From Flavobacteriales bacterium (GTDB lineage Bacteria; Bacteroidota; Bacteroidia; Palsa-965), in NCBI GenBank assembly GCA_040377305.1, contig JBEIPA010000001.1, positions 32,001-96,000 on the forward strand: a stretch of 64,000 nt of DNA, in the 5' to 3' direction. The notes under the pieces are model-generated. The model ran no database searches. It was not told where the DNA came from and saw only the letters and a program-made list of their open reading frames with translations. Made by a program: the position numbers and the translations under genes. Below are positions 50,195 through 61,026 of this stretch, in pieces (positions within the stretch are counted from its first letter, which is position 1; each line of letters starts with the position of its first letter).

Positions 50195-50812
50195 TTATTT
50201 CGTGATTGTAACGTATGAACCAGGAGCACCTGCGATAGAACCTTTTACAACGAGAAGGTTTTTCTCAGCAAGAATTTTCACCACCTGGATATTGATGCTC
50301 TTCTTAGTTTGGCCACCTGTACGTCCACCCATGCGCATGCCTTTGAATACGCGTGCAGCATTTGATGAGTTACCCAATGAACCTGGAGCGCGCAAACGAT
50401 CGTGCTGACCGTGTGTTGCACCACCTACTCCACCGAAACCGTGACGCTTCATTACACCCTGAAAACCTTTTCCTTTAGAGATACCGCTGACATCAACAAT
50501 ATCGCCCTCATTGAAAAGTTCAACTGTAAGAACATCACCTACATTTTTCGCTTCTTCAAAAGTTCTGAATTCAACGAGCTTGCGTTTAGGTGTTGACTTT
50601 GATTTTGCAAAGTGACCCTTCATTGCTTCCGAAGTGTTTTTCTCCTTCTTGTCATCAAAGCCAAGTTGAAGTGCTTCGTAGCCGTCTGTCTCTTTGGTTT
50701 TTACTTGCGTAACAACGCAAGGACCCACCTCGATAATTGTGCATGGTAAGTATTTACCATTGGCACCGAAGACGCTGGTCATTCCAATTTTTTTACCAAT
50801 TAAGCCTGACAT
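50195..50812 (-). CDS. rplC: 50S ribosomal protein L3
   Basis: [21 protein letters not shown] and R.PGS.G motifs. Confidence 0.98.
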   Translation of the reverse strand: MSGLIGKKIGMTSVFGANGKYLPCTIIEVGPCVVTQVKTKETDGYEALQLGFDDKKEKNTSEAMKGHFAKSKSTPKRKLVEFRTFEEAKNVGDVLTVELFNEGDIVDVSGISKGKGFQGVMKRHGFGGVGGATHGQHDRLRAPGSLGNSSNAARVFKGMRMGGRTGGQTKKSINIQVVKILAEKNLLVVKGSIAGAPGSYVTITK

Positions 50813-50872
50813 GCTTAGTTTATTAGTGATTACTATTTATAATGTGCAATTGACCTTAAGTCGCCTGCTTGA

Positions 50873-51181
50873 TTACGGAACTTTGATTTCTACTTCAACA
50901 CCGCTAGGAAGTTCGAGCTTCATCAAGGCATCAACTGTTTTAGAAGTTGAGCTGTAGATGTCGAGCAAACGCTTGTAGCTGCAAAGCTGAAACTGTTCAC
51001 GAGCCTTTTTGTTTACGTGTGGCGAGCGAAGTACTGTGAAAATGCGCTTGTGAGTTGGAAGTGGAATTGGTCCGCTTACCACAGCACCTGTGCTTTTTAC
51101 TGTTTTCACAATTTTCTCTGCCGACTTGTCAACGAGGTTGTAGTCGTAAGACTTGAGTTTAATTCTGATTTTCTGGCTCAT
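50873..51181 (-). CDS. rpsJ: 30S ribosomal protein S10
   Basis: [16 protein letters not shown] and [12 protein letters not shown] motifs. Confidence 0.98.
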   Translation of the reverse strand: MSQKIRIKLKSYDYNLVDKSAEKIVKTVKSTGAVVSGPIPLPTHKRIFTVLRSPHVNKKAREQFQLCSYKRLLDIYSSTSKTVDALMKLELPSGVEVEIKVP

Positions 51182-51204
51182 ATAAAGAACGTTGTTGTAG
51201 TGTA

Positions 51205-53328
51205 TTAAACTTTTTCAGCTTTTTTGCCGTTTGCTTTTGCGATTACTTCGTCAGCTACGTTACGCGGAGCATCAGCGTAGTGAGAGAATTCCATTGTAGA
51301 AGAAGCGCGTCCTGAAGTGATCGTACGCAACTGCGTTACGTAACCAAACATTTCTGACAGTGGCACTTTTGCTTTTACAACCTGAACACCCGCACGGCTG
51401 TCCATTCCTTCAATCTGACCGCGACGCTTGTTCAAGTCACCAACCACATCACCCATGTTTTGTTCTGGTGTCAGAACTTCCACTTTCATGATTGGCTCGA
51501 GAAGTACAGGTTTCGCTTTTGGAAGTGCTTCACGGAACGCAGTCTTCGCGCAGATCTCGAATGACAAAGCATCAGAGTCAACGTCGTGGTAAGAACCGTC
51601 CGTTACTACAACTTTCAAAGTCTGGATAGGGTAACCGGCGAGGATACCATTGCCCATCGAAGATTTGAATCCTTTTTCAATTGCCGGGATGAATTCACGT
51701 GGAATGTTACCACCGGAAATTTCGTTTACGAACTGGAGACCGCCATTCTTCGCATCTGGCACGAAGTCAGCATCAACAGGTCCAACAGAAAACTTGATGT
51801 CGGCGAACTTACCGCGACCCCCTGTTTGTTTCTTATAAACTTCACGGTGCTCAACTGTAGAGTTGATAGCTTCCTTAAAGTTTACTTGTGGAGCACCCTG
51901 GTTTACTTCTACTTTGAACTCGCGACGCAGACGGTCAACGATAATTTCAAGGTGAAGCTCGCCCATTCCGCTGATGATTGTTTGTCCGCTTTCTTCGTCA
52001 GACTTCACGCGGAATGTAGGATCCTCTTCAGAGAGTTTGTTCAATGCAACACCCAGTTTATCAAGATCGGCCTGTGTTTTTGGCTCAACCGCGATTCCGA
52101 TAACCGGTTCAGGGAAGTTCATTGCTTCGAGAACAATTGGGTGTTTCTCGTCGCAAAGTGTATCACCTGTTTTGATGTCTTTAAATCCAACAGCTGCGCC
52201 AATGTCTCCTGCTTCGATGCAATCAACCTGGTTCTGCTTGTTAGCGTGCATTTGGAAGATACGGGAGATACGCTCTTTGTTTCCTGAACGTGTGTTCAGA
52301 ACATAAGAACCTGAATCCAGACGACCAGAATAAGCACGGAAATATGCGAGACGACCTACGAATGGGTCAGTTGCAATTTTGAATGCGAGAGCAGCGAACG
52401 GCTCTTTTACATCGGGCTTGCGTGTAACTTCTTCTTCAGTGTCAGGGTTAATACCCTTAATGCTTTCTTTATCCATTGGAGAAGGCATCAGTTCCATTAC
52501 GTAATCAAGCATGGTCTGAACACCTTTGTTCTTGAATGCAGATCCACATACCATTGGAACAACTTTGTTCGCAAGACATGCTTTACGGAGTGCAGCAAGA
52601 ACTTCTGCTTCGGTGATTGTTTCAGGAGCTTCGAAAAACTTCTCCATGATTTTGTCATCGAATTCAGAAACTGATTCAAGAAGCTTCTCGCGCCATTCAG
52701 CAACGTCAGCTTTCATATCCTCAGGGATAGGAACTTCTGTGAAAGTCATTCCTTTATCACTCTCATTCCAAACAATTCCACGGTTGTTGATCAGATCAAC
52801 TACACCTTTGAAATTCTCTTCAGAACCGATCGGTAACTGAAGTGGAACAGGATTACCACCAAGAACTGTTTTTACCTGCTTAACAACGTTAAGGAAGTCA
52901 GCACCTGCGCGGTCCATTTTATTGACGAAACCAATACGGGTGACATTATAGTTATCCGCAAGGCGCCAGTTTGTTTCTGATTGTGGTTCTACACCATCAA
53001 CAGAAGAGAAAAGAAATACCAATCCATCCAATACACGCAGTGAACGGTTAACTTCAACTGTGAAGTCAACGTGACCAGGCGTATCAATGATGTTCATTTT
53101 GTAATTGTTGTCTCTGTATTTCCAGAAACAAGTTGTAGCTGCTGAAGTGATTGTGATACCACGCTCCTGCTCCTGCACCATCCAGTCCATCGTTGCAGCA
53201 CCATCGTGTACTTCACCGATTTTGTGGTTTACCCCCGCATAATAAAGAATACGCTCGGTGCAAGTTGTTTTACCTGCGTCGATATGCGCTGCAATACCAA
53301 TGTTTCGTGTATATCTAAGATCGCTCAT
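51205..53328 (-). CDS. fusA: Elongation factor G
   Basis: [34 protein letters not shown] and EMFGY motifs. Confidence 0.98.
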   Translation of the reverse strand: MSDLRYTRNIGIAAHIDAGKTTCTERILYYAGVNHKIGEVHDGAATMDWMVQEQERGITITSAATTCFWKYRDNNYKMNIIDTPGHVDFTVEVNRSLRVLDGLVFLFSSVDGVEPQSETNWRLADNYNVTRIGFVNKMDRAGADFLNVVKQVKTVLGGNPVPLQLPIGSEENFKGVVDLINNRGIVWNESDKGMTFTEVPIPEDMKADVAEWREKLLESVSEFDDKIMEKFFEAPETITEAEVLAALRKACLANKVVPMVCGSAFKNKGVQTMLDYVMELMPSPMDKESIKGINPDTEEEVTRKPDVKEPFAALAFKIATDPFVGRLAYFRAYSGRLDSGSYVLNTRSGNKERISRIFQMHANKQNQVDCIEAGDIGAAVGFKDIKTGDTLCDEKHPIVLEAMNFPEPVIGIAVEPKTQADLDKLGVALNKLSEEDPTFRVKSDEESGQTIISGMGELHLEIIVDRLRREFKVEVNQGAPQVNFKEAINSTVEHREVYKKQTGGRGKFADIKFSVGPVDADFVPDAKNGGLQFVNEISGGNIPREFIPAIEKGFKSSMGNGILAGYPIQTLKVVVTDGSYHDVDSDALSFEICAKTAFREALPKAKPVLLEPIMKVEVLTPEQNMGDVVGDLNKRRGQIEGMDSRAGVQVVKAKVPLSEMFGYVTQLRTITSGRASSTMEFSHYADAPRNVADEVIAKANGKKAEKV

Positions 53329-53349
53329 TTGTTACCCCTCGTAATTCAA

Positions 53350-53817
53350 TTACAATCTAAAGTGTGAGTATGCTTTGTTGGCTTCCGCCATACGGTGCGT
53401 ATCTTCTTTCTTTTTGAAAGCTGCACCTTCTTCTTTCGCTGCTGCAACGATTTCACCAGCGAGTTTAGCCGCCATTGATTTTTCGTTACGTGCACGTGCG
53501 TAAGAAATCAGCCACTTGATACCAAGAGCCGTTTTGCGTTCATTCCGGATTTCCTGAGGAATCTGGAACGTTGCACCACCAACACGACGGCTACGAACCT
53601 CTACGTTCGGAGTTACGTTTGTCAGCGCTTTCTTCCAGGTTTCGAGTCCGTCCTGCTCAGCACGCTTCTGCACGATTTCCATCGCGTCGTAGAATATATC
53701 GTAAGCAGTTGACTTCTTTCCCTGATACATCAGGTTGTTCACGAATCGTGTTACCAAGATGTCGTTGAACTTCGGATCAGGAAGAAGAGGACGTTTTTTT
53801 GCTCTGGTCTTTCTCAT
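53350..53817 (-). CDS. rpsG: 30S ribosomal protein S7
   Basis: GKKS.A, RRVGGAT.Q.P and HRMAEANKA motifs. Confidence 0.98.
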   Translation of the reverse strand: MRKTRAKKRPLLPDPKFNDILVTRFVNNLMYQGKKSTAYDIFYDAMEIVQKRAEQDGLETWKKALTNVTPNVEVRSRRVGGATFQIPQEIRNERKTALGIKWLISYARARNEKSMAAKLAGEIVAAAKEEGAAFKKKEDTHRMAEANKAYSHFRL

Positions 53818-53838
53818 TGTAGTCTGATATTACTTCGC

Positions 53839-54237
53839 TTATTTCTTAGCGGCAGGTTTAGCACCGCCTTTTGCTTTCTTAGTTCCGTATTTTGAACGAC
53901 GTTGGTTACGTCCTTCAACACCTGCAGTGTCCAATGCACCACGAACGATGTGGTAACGAACACCTGGAAGATCCTTCACACGACCACCGCGCACGAGCAC
54001 GATTGAGTGTTCCTGAAGGTTGTGTCCCTCTCCCGGGATATATGCGATGATCTCCATCTTGTTCGTCAAACGAACCTTTGCTACTTTACGAAGTGCCGAG
54101 TTAGGCTTCTTCGGTGTAGTCGTGTAAACACGAGTGCAGATACCGCGTTTTTGCGGGCAGCTGTCGAGTGCGGCAGACTTACTCTTGTTAGGAGCTTTGA
54201 ATCGGCCTTTACGTACGAGCTGTTGAATAGTTGGCAT
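53839..54237 (-). CDS. rpsL: 30S ribosomal protein S12
   Basis: [19 protein letters not shown] and [10 protein letters not shown] motifs. Confidence 0.98.
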   Translation of the reverse strand: MPTIQQLVRKGRFKAPNKSKSAALDSCPQKRGICTRVYTTTPKKPNSALRKVAKVRLTNKMEIIAYIPGEGHNLQEHSIVLVRGGRVKDLPGVRYHIVRGALDTAGVEGRNQRRSKYGTKKAKGGAKPAAKK

Positions 54238-54306
54238 GTTGTTTAATTAATTATCGTTCAACGTTTTGCAAAAAGTTTCCACCCCATGTCCGGTTTTTGG
54301 GGACGG

Positions 54307-54314
54307 CAAAGGTA
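54307..54314 (-). promoter_or_regulatory. -7 promoter box of the str/S10 super-operon
   Basis: TACCTTTG on the minus strand, about 70 nt upstream of rpsL. Confidence 0.65.
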
Positions 54315-54465
54315 CTAATTCTTTGAAATAAACAGCGTTTGGTTGAAATATTTTTTATTTTCCGCAGGTTGCCCGATTTTAGGGCGGCTTTCAGTGACAA
54401 ATCACCCCGCGGAACTGGCCGCCTAGTCATCCTCGCGACGGCCATTATTTCCGTATTTTTACCGG

Positions 54466-55470
54466 ATGGGGTCCAAAATCAGCGTGATCAGCTATTATTT
54501 ACCCGAAAAGACCTTCACAAACGAGGATTTTTACCTTGAATTCCCGGAATCGAAAGGAACGAGTCTGGAAAAAACGGGTATATATAAACGACACATCATT
54601 GCCCCGGATGAAACCGCGTCTGATATGGCCTTTAAGGCCGCAGAAAAATTATTCTCTGAACATCAGATTGACCCGCAATCAATTGATTTTCTAATACTTG
54701 CCTGTATAGAGCCGGACTACTACACTCCTCCAACGAGCGCCGTTTTGCACGGGCGATTAGGACTGAAACCGGCTTGCGGAATTATGGAATACAATCATGG
54801 CTGCAGTGCCTATGTGTATGGACTAGGTATGGCCGACGGTGCTATTACGAGGATGGGTGCTAAACGTGTATTATTCCTGACCACATCATCGTTAACACAC
54901 ACATTTCATCCCGGCGATAAAAGTTCACGCTTTGTATTCGGAGATGCCGCAACTGCAACTCTTCTGGAAGACAGCGATACGGAAGATATTGGACCGTATG
55001 AATACGGAACGAATGGTAACGGCTATAACCGAATAATAGTTGAAGACGGACACGCTCGTAACGCGATTACAGAAGAATCGCTGATGGAAATAAAGGATGA
55101 CTTCGGGAATATAACGAGTCGCGCGACATTCCGTATGGATGGTACCGGGGTATTTCTTTTCACTATGAAAACAGTCCCTGCTATGATTGAGGAGTTGCTG
55201 AAAAAAGCGGCGTTGAAGATTGAAGACGTTGACTACTTCGTGTTTCACCAGCCGAACGAGTTCCTGAATGAAATGTTGCGAAAAAAAATCGGTATTCCAG
55301 AAGAGAAATTTATTCACTGCATACGTGAAACAGGAAACACTGTACAGTGTACTATTCCGATTGCGTTGTGCGAGATGTATGCAGAAGGAAAGTTGACACG
55401 CGGGACCACTGTGGTACTTGCCGGATTTGGTGTAGGCCTGAGCTGGATTAGTACAGTAGCCAAGTTTTAG
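54466..55470 (+). CDS. 3-oxoacyl-ACP synthase III-like (KAS III) protein 1
   Basis: KTGI..R.I, catalytic Cys in NHGCSAYVYGL, FGDAA, FHQ.N, GNT and GFGVGLSW motifs. Confidence 0.9.
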   Translation: MGSKISVISYYLPEKTFTNEDFYLEFPESKGTSLEKTGIYKRHIIAPDETASDMAFKAAEKLFSEHQIDPQSIDFLILACIEPDYYTPPTSAVLHGRLGLKPACGIMEYNHGCSAYVYGLGMADGAITRMGAKRVLFLTTSSLTHTFHPGDKSSRFVFGDAATATLLEDSDTEDIGPYEYGTNGNGYNRIIVEDGHARNAITEESLMEIKDDFGNITSRATFRMDGTGVFLFTMKTVPAMIEELLKKAALKIEDVDYFVFHQPNEFLNEMLRKKIGIPEEKFIHCIRETGNTVQCTIPIALCEMYAEGKLTRGTTVVLAGFGVGLSWISTVAKF

Positions 55471-55501
55471 TTCATTACTTTATATTTGTTGAAACGTACT
55501 T

Positions 55502-55738
55502 ATGGACAGCATAGATCAATTTATTGTGAAACTGGAGCGGGAACTTGATATGGTTGAACCGGGAACATTGAATCCGGAAGTCAATTACAGAAACATCCCG
55601 AACTGGAGCTCTATGTATGCACTGATAATCGTGGCTTTGTGTGAAACGGAATATGATGTTGCTGTAACCGGCGAAGACCTTAGAAAATGTAATACTATCA
55701 GTGATCTCTACAACATCGTTGCCAGCCGCAAAGGCTGA
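55502..55738 (+). CDS. Acyl carrier protein
   Basis: 78 aa, acidic; WSSM at the phosphopantetheine-Ser position; C-terminal T.ED....T..DL. Confidence 0.85.
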   Translation: MDSIDQFIVKLERELDMVEPGTLNPEVNYRNIPNWSSMYALIIVALCETEYDVAVTGEDLRKCNTISDLYNIVASRKG

Positions 55739-55761
55739 TCTCACCAACTAACGCAAGACCC

Positions 55762-56811
55762 ATGAGTCTATTCCGTGTTACCGGTGCAGAAATTAAGGGC
55801 ATCAGTGCTGCAGTTCCTGCGACGGTAGTCAGTAACCGCGATTATGAAATTATTTCGCCTGCTGAGCGGGAAGTACTGATAAAGACTACCGGCATCGAGA
55901 AGCGCCATATTGCACACCATGGAGAGACAACCGGCGACTTGTGTTATGCAGCGGCAGAAAAACTCATTACTTCGCTGCGTTGGGACAAATCAGAAATTGA
56001 TCTGCTCATTTTTGTATCCCAATCACCGGATCATTTCCTACCGGCTACATCCATCATTCTGCAGGATCGCTTAGGATTAAGTAAGACCACAGTTGCATTC
56101 GACATTCTGCTGGGCTGCAGCGGTTACGTATATGGCTTGTCGGTAATATCATCGATGATGGCTACCGGAGGATTCCGGAAAGCGCTTCTTCTTGCAGGAG
56201 ACATTTCCTCTGCCGGTGTTAATGTGAAAGATAAAAGTACTTATCCCTTATTCGGTGATGCCGGTACTGCAACAGCAATAGAATATAATCGCGGTTATCA
56301 AATTACTTTTAATCTTCAGAGTGATGGCTCAGGAAAAGACGCGATAATCATTCCGCACGGTGGAGTTAAATACCCGATCACAGCCGAGTCGCTGGTAGAA
56401 AAAGAATATGAACCAGGAATTACCCGGCACATGCGTAACCTGGCATTGAACGGGATGGATGTATTTAATTTCTCGGTCAGAGAAGCGCCGCCCAATGTTA
56501 AAGCGCTACTGGATTACTGTGAAAAGAGTGCGGAAGATGTTGACCTCTTCGTGATGCATCAGGCGAATTTTCTTATGAATGAAACGATCAGAAAGAAGCT
56601 GAAATTCCCGGCTGATAAAACGCCCTACTCGTTGCGGGAATTCGGGAACACCAGTTCTGCTTCGATTCCGTTGACGCTGGTGAACAGTATGCAGGAAGTT
56701 CAGAAATCGTCAACGCGGGTGCTGCTTTCTGCATTCGGTGTGGGCTTATCGTGGGGTTCCTGTTATCTTGAAGCAAACAACTGGTCGTGTCCTCCAATTC
56801 AAACTATATGA
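55762..56811 (+). CDS. 3-oxoacyl-ACP synthase III-like (KAS III) protein 2
   Basis: TTGI..R, FDI.LGCSGYVYGL, LFGDAG, HQAN, FGNTSSAS and FGVGLSW motifs. Confidence 0.9.
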   Translation: MSLFRVTGAEIKGISAAVPATVVSNRDYEIISPAEREVLIKTTGIEKRHIAHHGETTGDLCYAAAEKLITSLRWDKSEIDLLIFVSQSPDHFLPATSIILQDRLGLSKTTVAFDILLGCSGYVYGLSVISSMMATGGFRKALLLAGDISSAGVNVKDKSTYPLFGDAGTATAIEYNRGYQITFNLQSDGSGKDAIIIPHGGVKYPITAESLVEKEYEPGITRHMRNLALNGMDVFNFSVREAPPNVKALLDYCEKSAEDVDLFVMHQANFLMNETIRKKLKFPADKTPYSLREFGNTSSASIPLTLVNSMQEVQKSSTRVLLSAFGVGLSWGSCYLEANNWSCPPIQTI

Positions 56812-57545
56812 GCACTCCGTTTCATCTTCACGGTAAAACATTTCTCGTTACAGGAGCATCTTCCGGCATTGGAAGTCACACAGCGAAGCGAATCACCGAA
56901 ATGGGTGGAAACGTTATCCTGAACGGACGTGATGCAGCCCGACTGAGTGCAACCGCAGAGGAATGTGGTACTACGGAAATTATTGCTGCCGATATATGCA
57001 CGCCAGAAGGCCGGGAATTGATTGCAAAGAAGGTAACAGGTCTTGACGGACTCGTAAACTGCGCAGGTACTGTTCACCCATTTCCTGTACGATTCATTGA
57101 TCAGAAGAAAATGGATCAGACCATGCAGATCAATTTTGAAGCGCCTGTTTTGTTGACTTCCCTTTTGCTGAAAGAAAAAAAAATAAAACCGGAAAGTTCG
57201 CTGGTTTACTTAAGTTCGATTTCATCTGCACGGCCGCAGGCTGGAGCGTCGTTATACGGTGCTTCCAAAGCAGGCATCGAATCGTTTGTGAAGGTGCTGG
57301 CGCAGGAATTACATTCTTCAAAGATTCGCGTGAATAGTGTTGCACCTGCGATGGTGAAAACGCCGATGTTTGATCGTGCTGAAGAAATGGTTTCGAAGGA
57401 AGAAATGGATAATCATCTTGAGAAATATTTGTTGGGTGTTGGACATCCCGAAGACGTTGCCAATGCGGTAATCTTCCTGCTTTCGCCAGCATCGCGGTGG
57501 ATTACAGGAATAAATCTAATTTTAGACGGAGGAGTTCTGCTCTGA
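56808..57545 (+). CDS. SDR-family oxidoreductase (FabG-like ketoacyl reductase)
   Basis: TGASSGIG, VNCAG, YGASK, IRVN.V.P and WITG..L..DGG motifs; the ATG overlaps the KAS III stop. Confidence 0.9.
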   Translation: MSTPFHLHGKTFLVTGASSGIGSHTAKRITEMGGNVILNGRDAARLSATAEECGTTEIIAADICTPEGRELIAKKVTGLDGLVNCAGTVHPFPVRFIDQKKMDQTMQINFEAPVLLTSLLLKEKKIKPESSLVYLSSISSARPQAGASLYGASKAGIESFVKVLAQELHSSKIRVNSVAPAMVKTPMFDRAEEMVSKEEMDNHLEKYLLGVGHPEDVANAVIFLLSPASRWITGINLILDGGVLL

Positions 57546-57551
57546 GAAAAT

Positions 57552-58463
57552 ATGATCGCGTATTCCCTAGTTATTCCGGTTTACAATAGCGCTGCAACAC
57601 TTGCGGAGTTGACTGAGCGTGTGCACGCTGTTATGAATTCGCAAGGATCTTTCGAGTTGCTACTTGTAGATGATGGAAGCTCGGACGAAAGCTGGAAAGC
57701 GCTCATGGAACTCAAGGTGAAAAACCCGGAAACAGTTCGTATAGTAAGACTCAGCAAAAATTTCGGACAGCACAATGCCATTACCTGTGGCTTCACGCTT
57801 TCAAAAGGAGAACACGTTATTACAATAGATGATGATCTGCAACACCCTCCTGAAGAAATTCCCAAACTGATTGCAAAGCTGAAAGAAACGGATGCGGACG
57901 TGGTTTACGGCATTCCGAAAACGCGTCGTCACAGTGCATTTCGGGTTGCTGGAAGTTATTTCACCCGTCGTTCATCTAATCTGGTGAATGGAAATACCGA
58001 AGGAAGCTCGTTCCGTATCATACGCAAAAGTGTTGTTGAGCAGGTGAGCAGTCATCACAACAATGCCATGATTTTCATTGACGAAATTCTGAGCTGGTAT
58101 ACTTCATTGATCAGTACAGTGGATGTTGAACATCACGAACGCAAGAAAGGAAAGTCGGGTTACACAAATCTGGGGCTGATCCGCTTGTACCTGGATATTG
58201 TGATTAATCACTCGGCATTTCCTCTGAAGCTTATGACGTGGCTCGGATTTCTTTCTTCGCTCATTACTCTCTTTTTAGGAGTAGTTTTTATTGCTAGAAA
58301 GTTCCTGATGAATGTTCCGGTTGGCTTCACTGCACAAATTGTAGCCATCCTTTTCTCGGCGAGCATTCTCATGATGTGCATGGGAATTGTTGGACAATAT
58401 CTTTACAAACTTTTCTTGTTGCAAAACCGCAAGCCGAATTTCAGCATTCGGGAACAGCACTAA
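57552..58463 (+). CDS. GT2 glycosyltransferase, ArnC/GtrB-like polyisoprenyl-phosphate glycosyltransferase
   Basis: VIPVYN, VDDGSSD, NFGQHNA, IDDDLQHPPE and R..GKS.Y motifs; two C-terminal TM helices; GIVGQY. Confidence 0.9.
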   Translation: MIAYSLVIPVYNSAATLAELTERVHAVMNSQGSFELLLVDDGSSDESWKALMELKVKNPETVRIVRLSKNFGQHNAITCGFTLSKGEHVITIDDDLQHPPEEIPKLIAKLKETDADVVYGIPKTRRHSAFRVAGSYFTRRSSNLVNGNTEGSSFRIIRKSVVEQVSSHHNNAMIFIDEILSWYTSLISTVDVEHHERKKGKSGYTNLGLIRLYLDIVINHSAFPLKLMTWLGFLSSLITLFLGVVFIARKFLMNVPVGFTAQIVAILFSASILMMCMGIVGQYLYKLFLLQNRKPNFSIREQH

Positions 58464-58473
58464 ACTTAGGCTC

Positions 58474-59124
58474 GTGATACTGGAAGGTTATGGCATAGTA
58501 CTTACTCGTCTTACCGTGCACGATCTTGAACTGGTGCGTGTGCAGAGAAATTCTGATACGGTGCGTTCGTTCATGCACTTCCGGGATGAGATCACTCCGG
58601 AAATGCAGGTAAAGTGGTTTTCTTCAATCGACAATGAGCACAACAATTATTTTCTGATTCATCATGGAAATGAAAAGGTTGGAATGATCAGTGGCGCAGA
58701 AATTGATTGGACGAACATGGAAACGCATAACGGAGGATTGTTTATTTGGGATTCAACCTTATGGGGGACGCCCATTCCCTTGATGGCGGCATTGTTGCTG
58801 ACAGAACTTTCTATTCGGCTTGGGTTCCGGAAGACGTTTGTCCGCGTGTTACCAGAAAATAAACGCGCTATAGAATTCAACAGGCACATGGGTTATGTGA
58901 GAGCACAGGAGCAGCATCATGAACCGCTTGAGACCTATTCATTGACTTCAGAGCAGTTTTTCAATGCTACTGAAGATTTGCGTGCGAAGGCTAGTGCCAT
59001 GGCTCCAGGAAAATTGCGCTGCACTATTGATGACAAGAATCATCCGGCTAGCTCAAATCTTGTTCGTGTATATGGCCTGCTCACGGATGAACAGAAATCC
59101 AATTTTGACTTTATTGTGAAGTAG
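58474..59124 (+). CDS. GNAT-family N-acyltransferase (PseH/RimJ-like)
   Basis: DLELVR..RN...VR.FM....IT.E.Q..WF and V...N.RAI.FN..MGY motifs; GTG start at 58474. Confidence 0.8.
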   Translation: MILEGYGIVLTRLTVHDLELVRVQRNSDTVRSFMHFRDEITPEMQVKWFSSIDNEHNNYFLIHHGNEKVGMISGAEIDWTNMETHNGGLFIWDSTLWGTPIPLMAALLLTELSIRLGFRKTFVRVLPENKRAIEFNRHMGYVRAQEQHHEPLETYSLTSEQFFNATEDLRAKASAMAPGKLRCTIDDKNHPASSNLVRVYGLLTDEQKSNFDFIVK

Positions 59125-59946
59125 ATGATAACCGATAAGCTTCTCTTTCTTCATATACCTAAAACTGCCGGCACGAGCGTACATAACGTTTTGCACAGGC
59201 ATTTTAGCAAGAGGGAGCAAGTTGAAACGAATGTGTTTATCAATTCAAATGTATTAGCAACACTTACGCCGGATCGAATGAAGTCACTCCGATTAGTTCG
59301 CGGTCATTTTGTATTTGGTGAACATCAAGCACTCGGTGATGTTAAGTTCGAGTATACTACGATGTTGCGGGAACCGATCGATCGTTGCGTTTCGCATTAC
59401 TATTTTAATCTCGCTGAGCAAGACCACAAGAAAAAACCGGGCGGAAGAAGAATTAATGTTTCACTGAAAGAATTGTGTGAGACCGGAGATTATTTGTTTG
59501 TGGATAATTTGCAAGTCCGCTTTCTATCAGGGAATCCGAAAGTTGCGATTGGATCTGTAACGCGAGAGATGCTGGAAGAAGCGTGGGAGAATCTGAACAA
59601 ACATTTTCCGGTGATCGGAATCCAGGAGCAGTTCGATGCATACATCCTGATGTTGTGCGATCGTTACGAGCTCAAAATTCCGTTTTACAGAAAGCAACGC
59701 GTGAATAAAGGAAGAAAAGCGGTTACGGAACTGGATGATGCTACGCGTAAAGCGGTTGTTGCAAAGAATTTGCTCGATATTGAATTATATGAACGCGTGA
59801 GGAAGAAAGTAATGGAGGAAATTAATGAGAAGGGTGAGGATTTTCAGAGGAGAATCAGGAGGTTTCAAAAGATGAATGCGTTTTTGTCGAACGTGGCGAA
59901 TTGGTTGCCGTTTATGGGAAAGGTCACCAGAGTTAGTCAGAAGTAA
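59125..59946 (+). CDS. Sulfotransferase family 2 protein
   Basis: PAPS-binding FLHIPKTAGTS, GHF.FG, LREP.DR.VSHY and N.LD.ELY motifs. Confidence 0.88.
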   Translation: MITDKLLFLHIPKTAGTSVHNVLHRHFSKREQVETNVFINSNVLATLTPDRMKSLRLVRGHFVFGEHQALGDVKFEYTTMLREPIDRCVSHYYFNLAEQDHKKKPGGRRINVSLKELCETGDYLFVDNLQVRFLSGNPKVAIGSVTREMLEEAWENLNKHFPVIGIQEQFDAYILMLCDRYELKIPFYRKQRVNKGRKAVTELDDATRKAVVAKNLLDIELYERVRKKVMEEINEKGEDFQRRIRRFQKMNAFLSNVANWLPFMGKVTRVSQK

Positions 59947-60078
59947 GGCCCGGATTGTGCCTAAAAATATGCCGCAGATTCGCAGATTACCGCAGATTCG
60001 TTGAGGCCGAGATATTACCTGACGGAGATTGTAGGATCGTACGCGGAAAAGGCGGAAAGGACTGCCAGTAAACGGATT

Positions 60079-61026
60079 TTAGTCCTCTTCCCGAAAATTC
60101 ACTTTGCGTTGCAGCCATTCGTAATAACGATGTGCGAGACCGGGAATTTCTTTGCGAGTTGGTTTTGGGCGATGAGAATTCCATTGGGAGAAATCCAAAG
60201 AACACATTGTGCGGTAATCGTAAGTTGGATTCATCAGCCAACGGAAATGGCGACGGAAAAATCCGAGTCCGGCACCAGGGAATTTCGCAATCTGCATGTG
60301 GGGTTTCAATTTCTTCAGCAGTGTTCTGAATTCCTTTCGATTGTGCGCGTAATATTCTGAATTGCCCCAGGATTTCACGAGATCAATTCCAAGGTGGAAT
60401 GTGAGGTGTTGATTCGCGAGCAAAACCGGATTCTCTGCGAAGGTGAAAATGTTGTGGAAGATGTCGCCACCGGCCATGGGAATACCTATGCAGATGTTCG
60501 TCTTCACAAATTTATTGTGGAGCGATTTTTTGAAAACGAAACAATCGAAGCCGATGTGTTCACTACCAGCGTGAGCGAGCATCACTTCAAATGGTTGATC
60601 AATCAAACGTGCCGGAATCCTACGACGGTTAATGACCAGTGCGTCGTGGCCACGTTTGAGAAATTCTGTAATTGCATTGTAAAACCATGGAGTGAGTGCA
60701 ATGTCTGCATTTGAAAAAACAATGTACTCCGCCGCAGACGCTTTTACACCTTCATCAAGTATATCCGATACAATGGGAAGGTTTCTGGAGGTAGAAAACG
60801 AACTTACGTCACCCACATTTCTCCTTAAGACGGCTGTTCTCTCCGCAAAACCAACATCGGCAGACGAATTACTGCCAATGGCGGCTATTGTTTCTACTGT
60901 TACACCGGAATTCAGATATTGCTTCGCACGACGGATTGATTCAATGGTTATGCGCTGAATTTTCTCCAGTTCTGCATTCTCTGCAGCTGAAACGATATTG
61001 ATGATATGCGAGAAAGAGTAACTCAC
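60079..61026 (-). CDS. Hypothetical nucleotide-diphospho-sugar transferase-like (GT-A-like) protein, paralog A
   Basis: R.LP...DIL, YIVFSNADI (DxD-like), INRRR, G.DCFVF and LTFHLG motifs; similar along its length to 61023..61943. Confidence 0.6.
   Translation of the reverse strand: MSYSFSHIINIVSAAENAELEKIQRITIESIRRAKQYLNSGVTVETIAAIGSNSSADVGFAERTAVLRRNVGDVSSFSTSRNLPIVSDILDEGVKASAAEYIVFSNADIALTPWFYNAITEFLKRGHDALVINRRRIPARLIDQPFEVMLAHAGSEHIGFDCFVFKKSLHNKFVKTNICIGIPMAGGDIFHNIFTFAENPVLLANQHLTFHLGIDLVKSWGNSEYYAHNRKEFRTLLKKLKPHMQIAKFPGAGLGFFRRHFRWLMNPTYDYRTMCSLDFSQWNSHRPKPTRKEIPGLAHRYYEWLQRKVNFREED

Noticed and set aside
51182-51204. Absence of tufA between fusA and rpsJ, and of adk near secY
   Set aside because: This is the normal gene order for Bacteroidota, not a deletion.
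36598-54246. Numerous plus-strand ORFs opposite ribosomal protein genes and fusA (e.g. 51586..52287)
   Set aside because: They fully overlap conserved genes on the other strand and have no independent coding signal.
54251-54539. Short ORFs in the rpsL-KAS III divergent spacer
   Set aside because: They overlap the promoter boxes of both operons and show no protein-like features.
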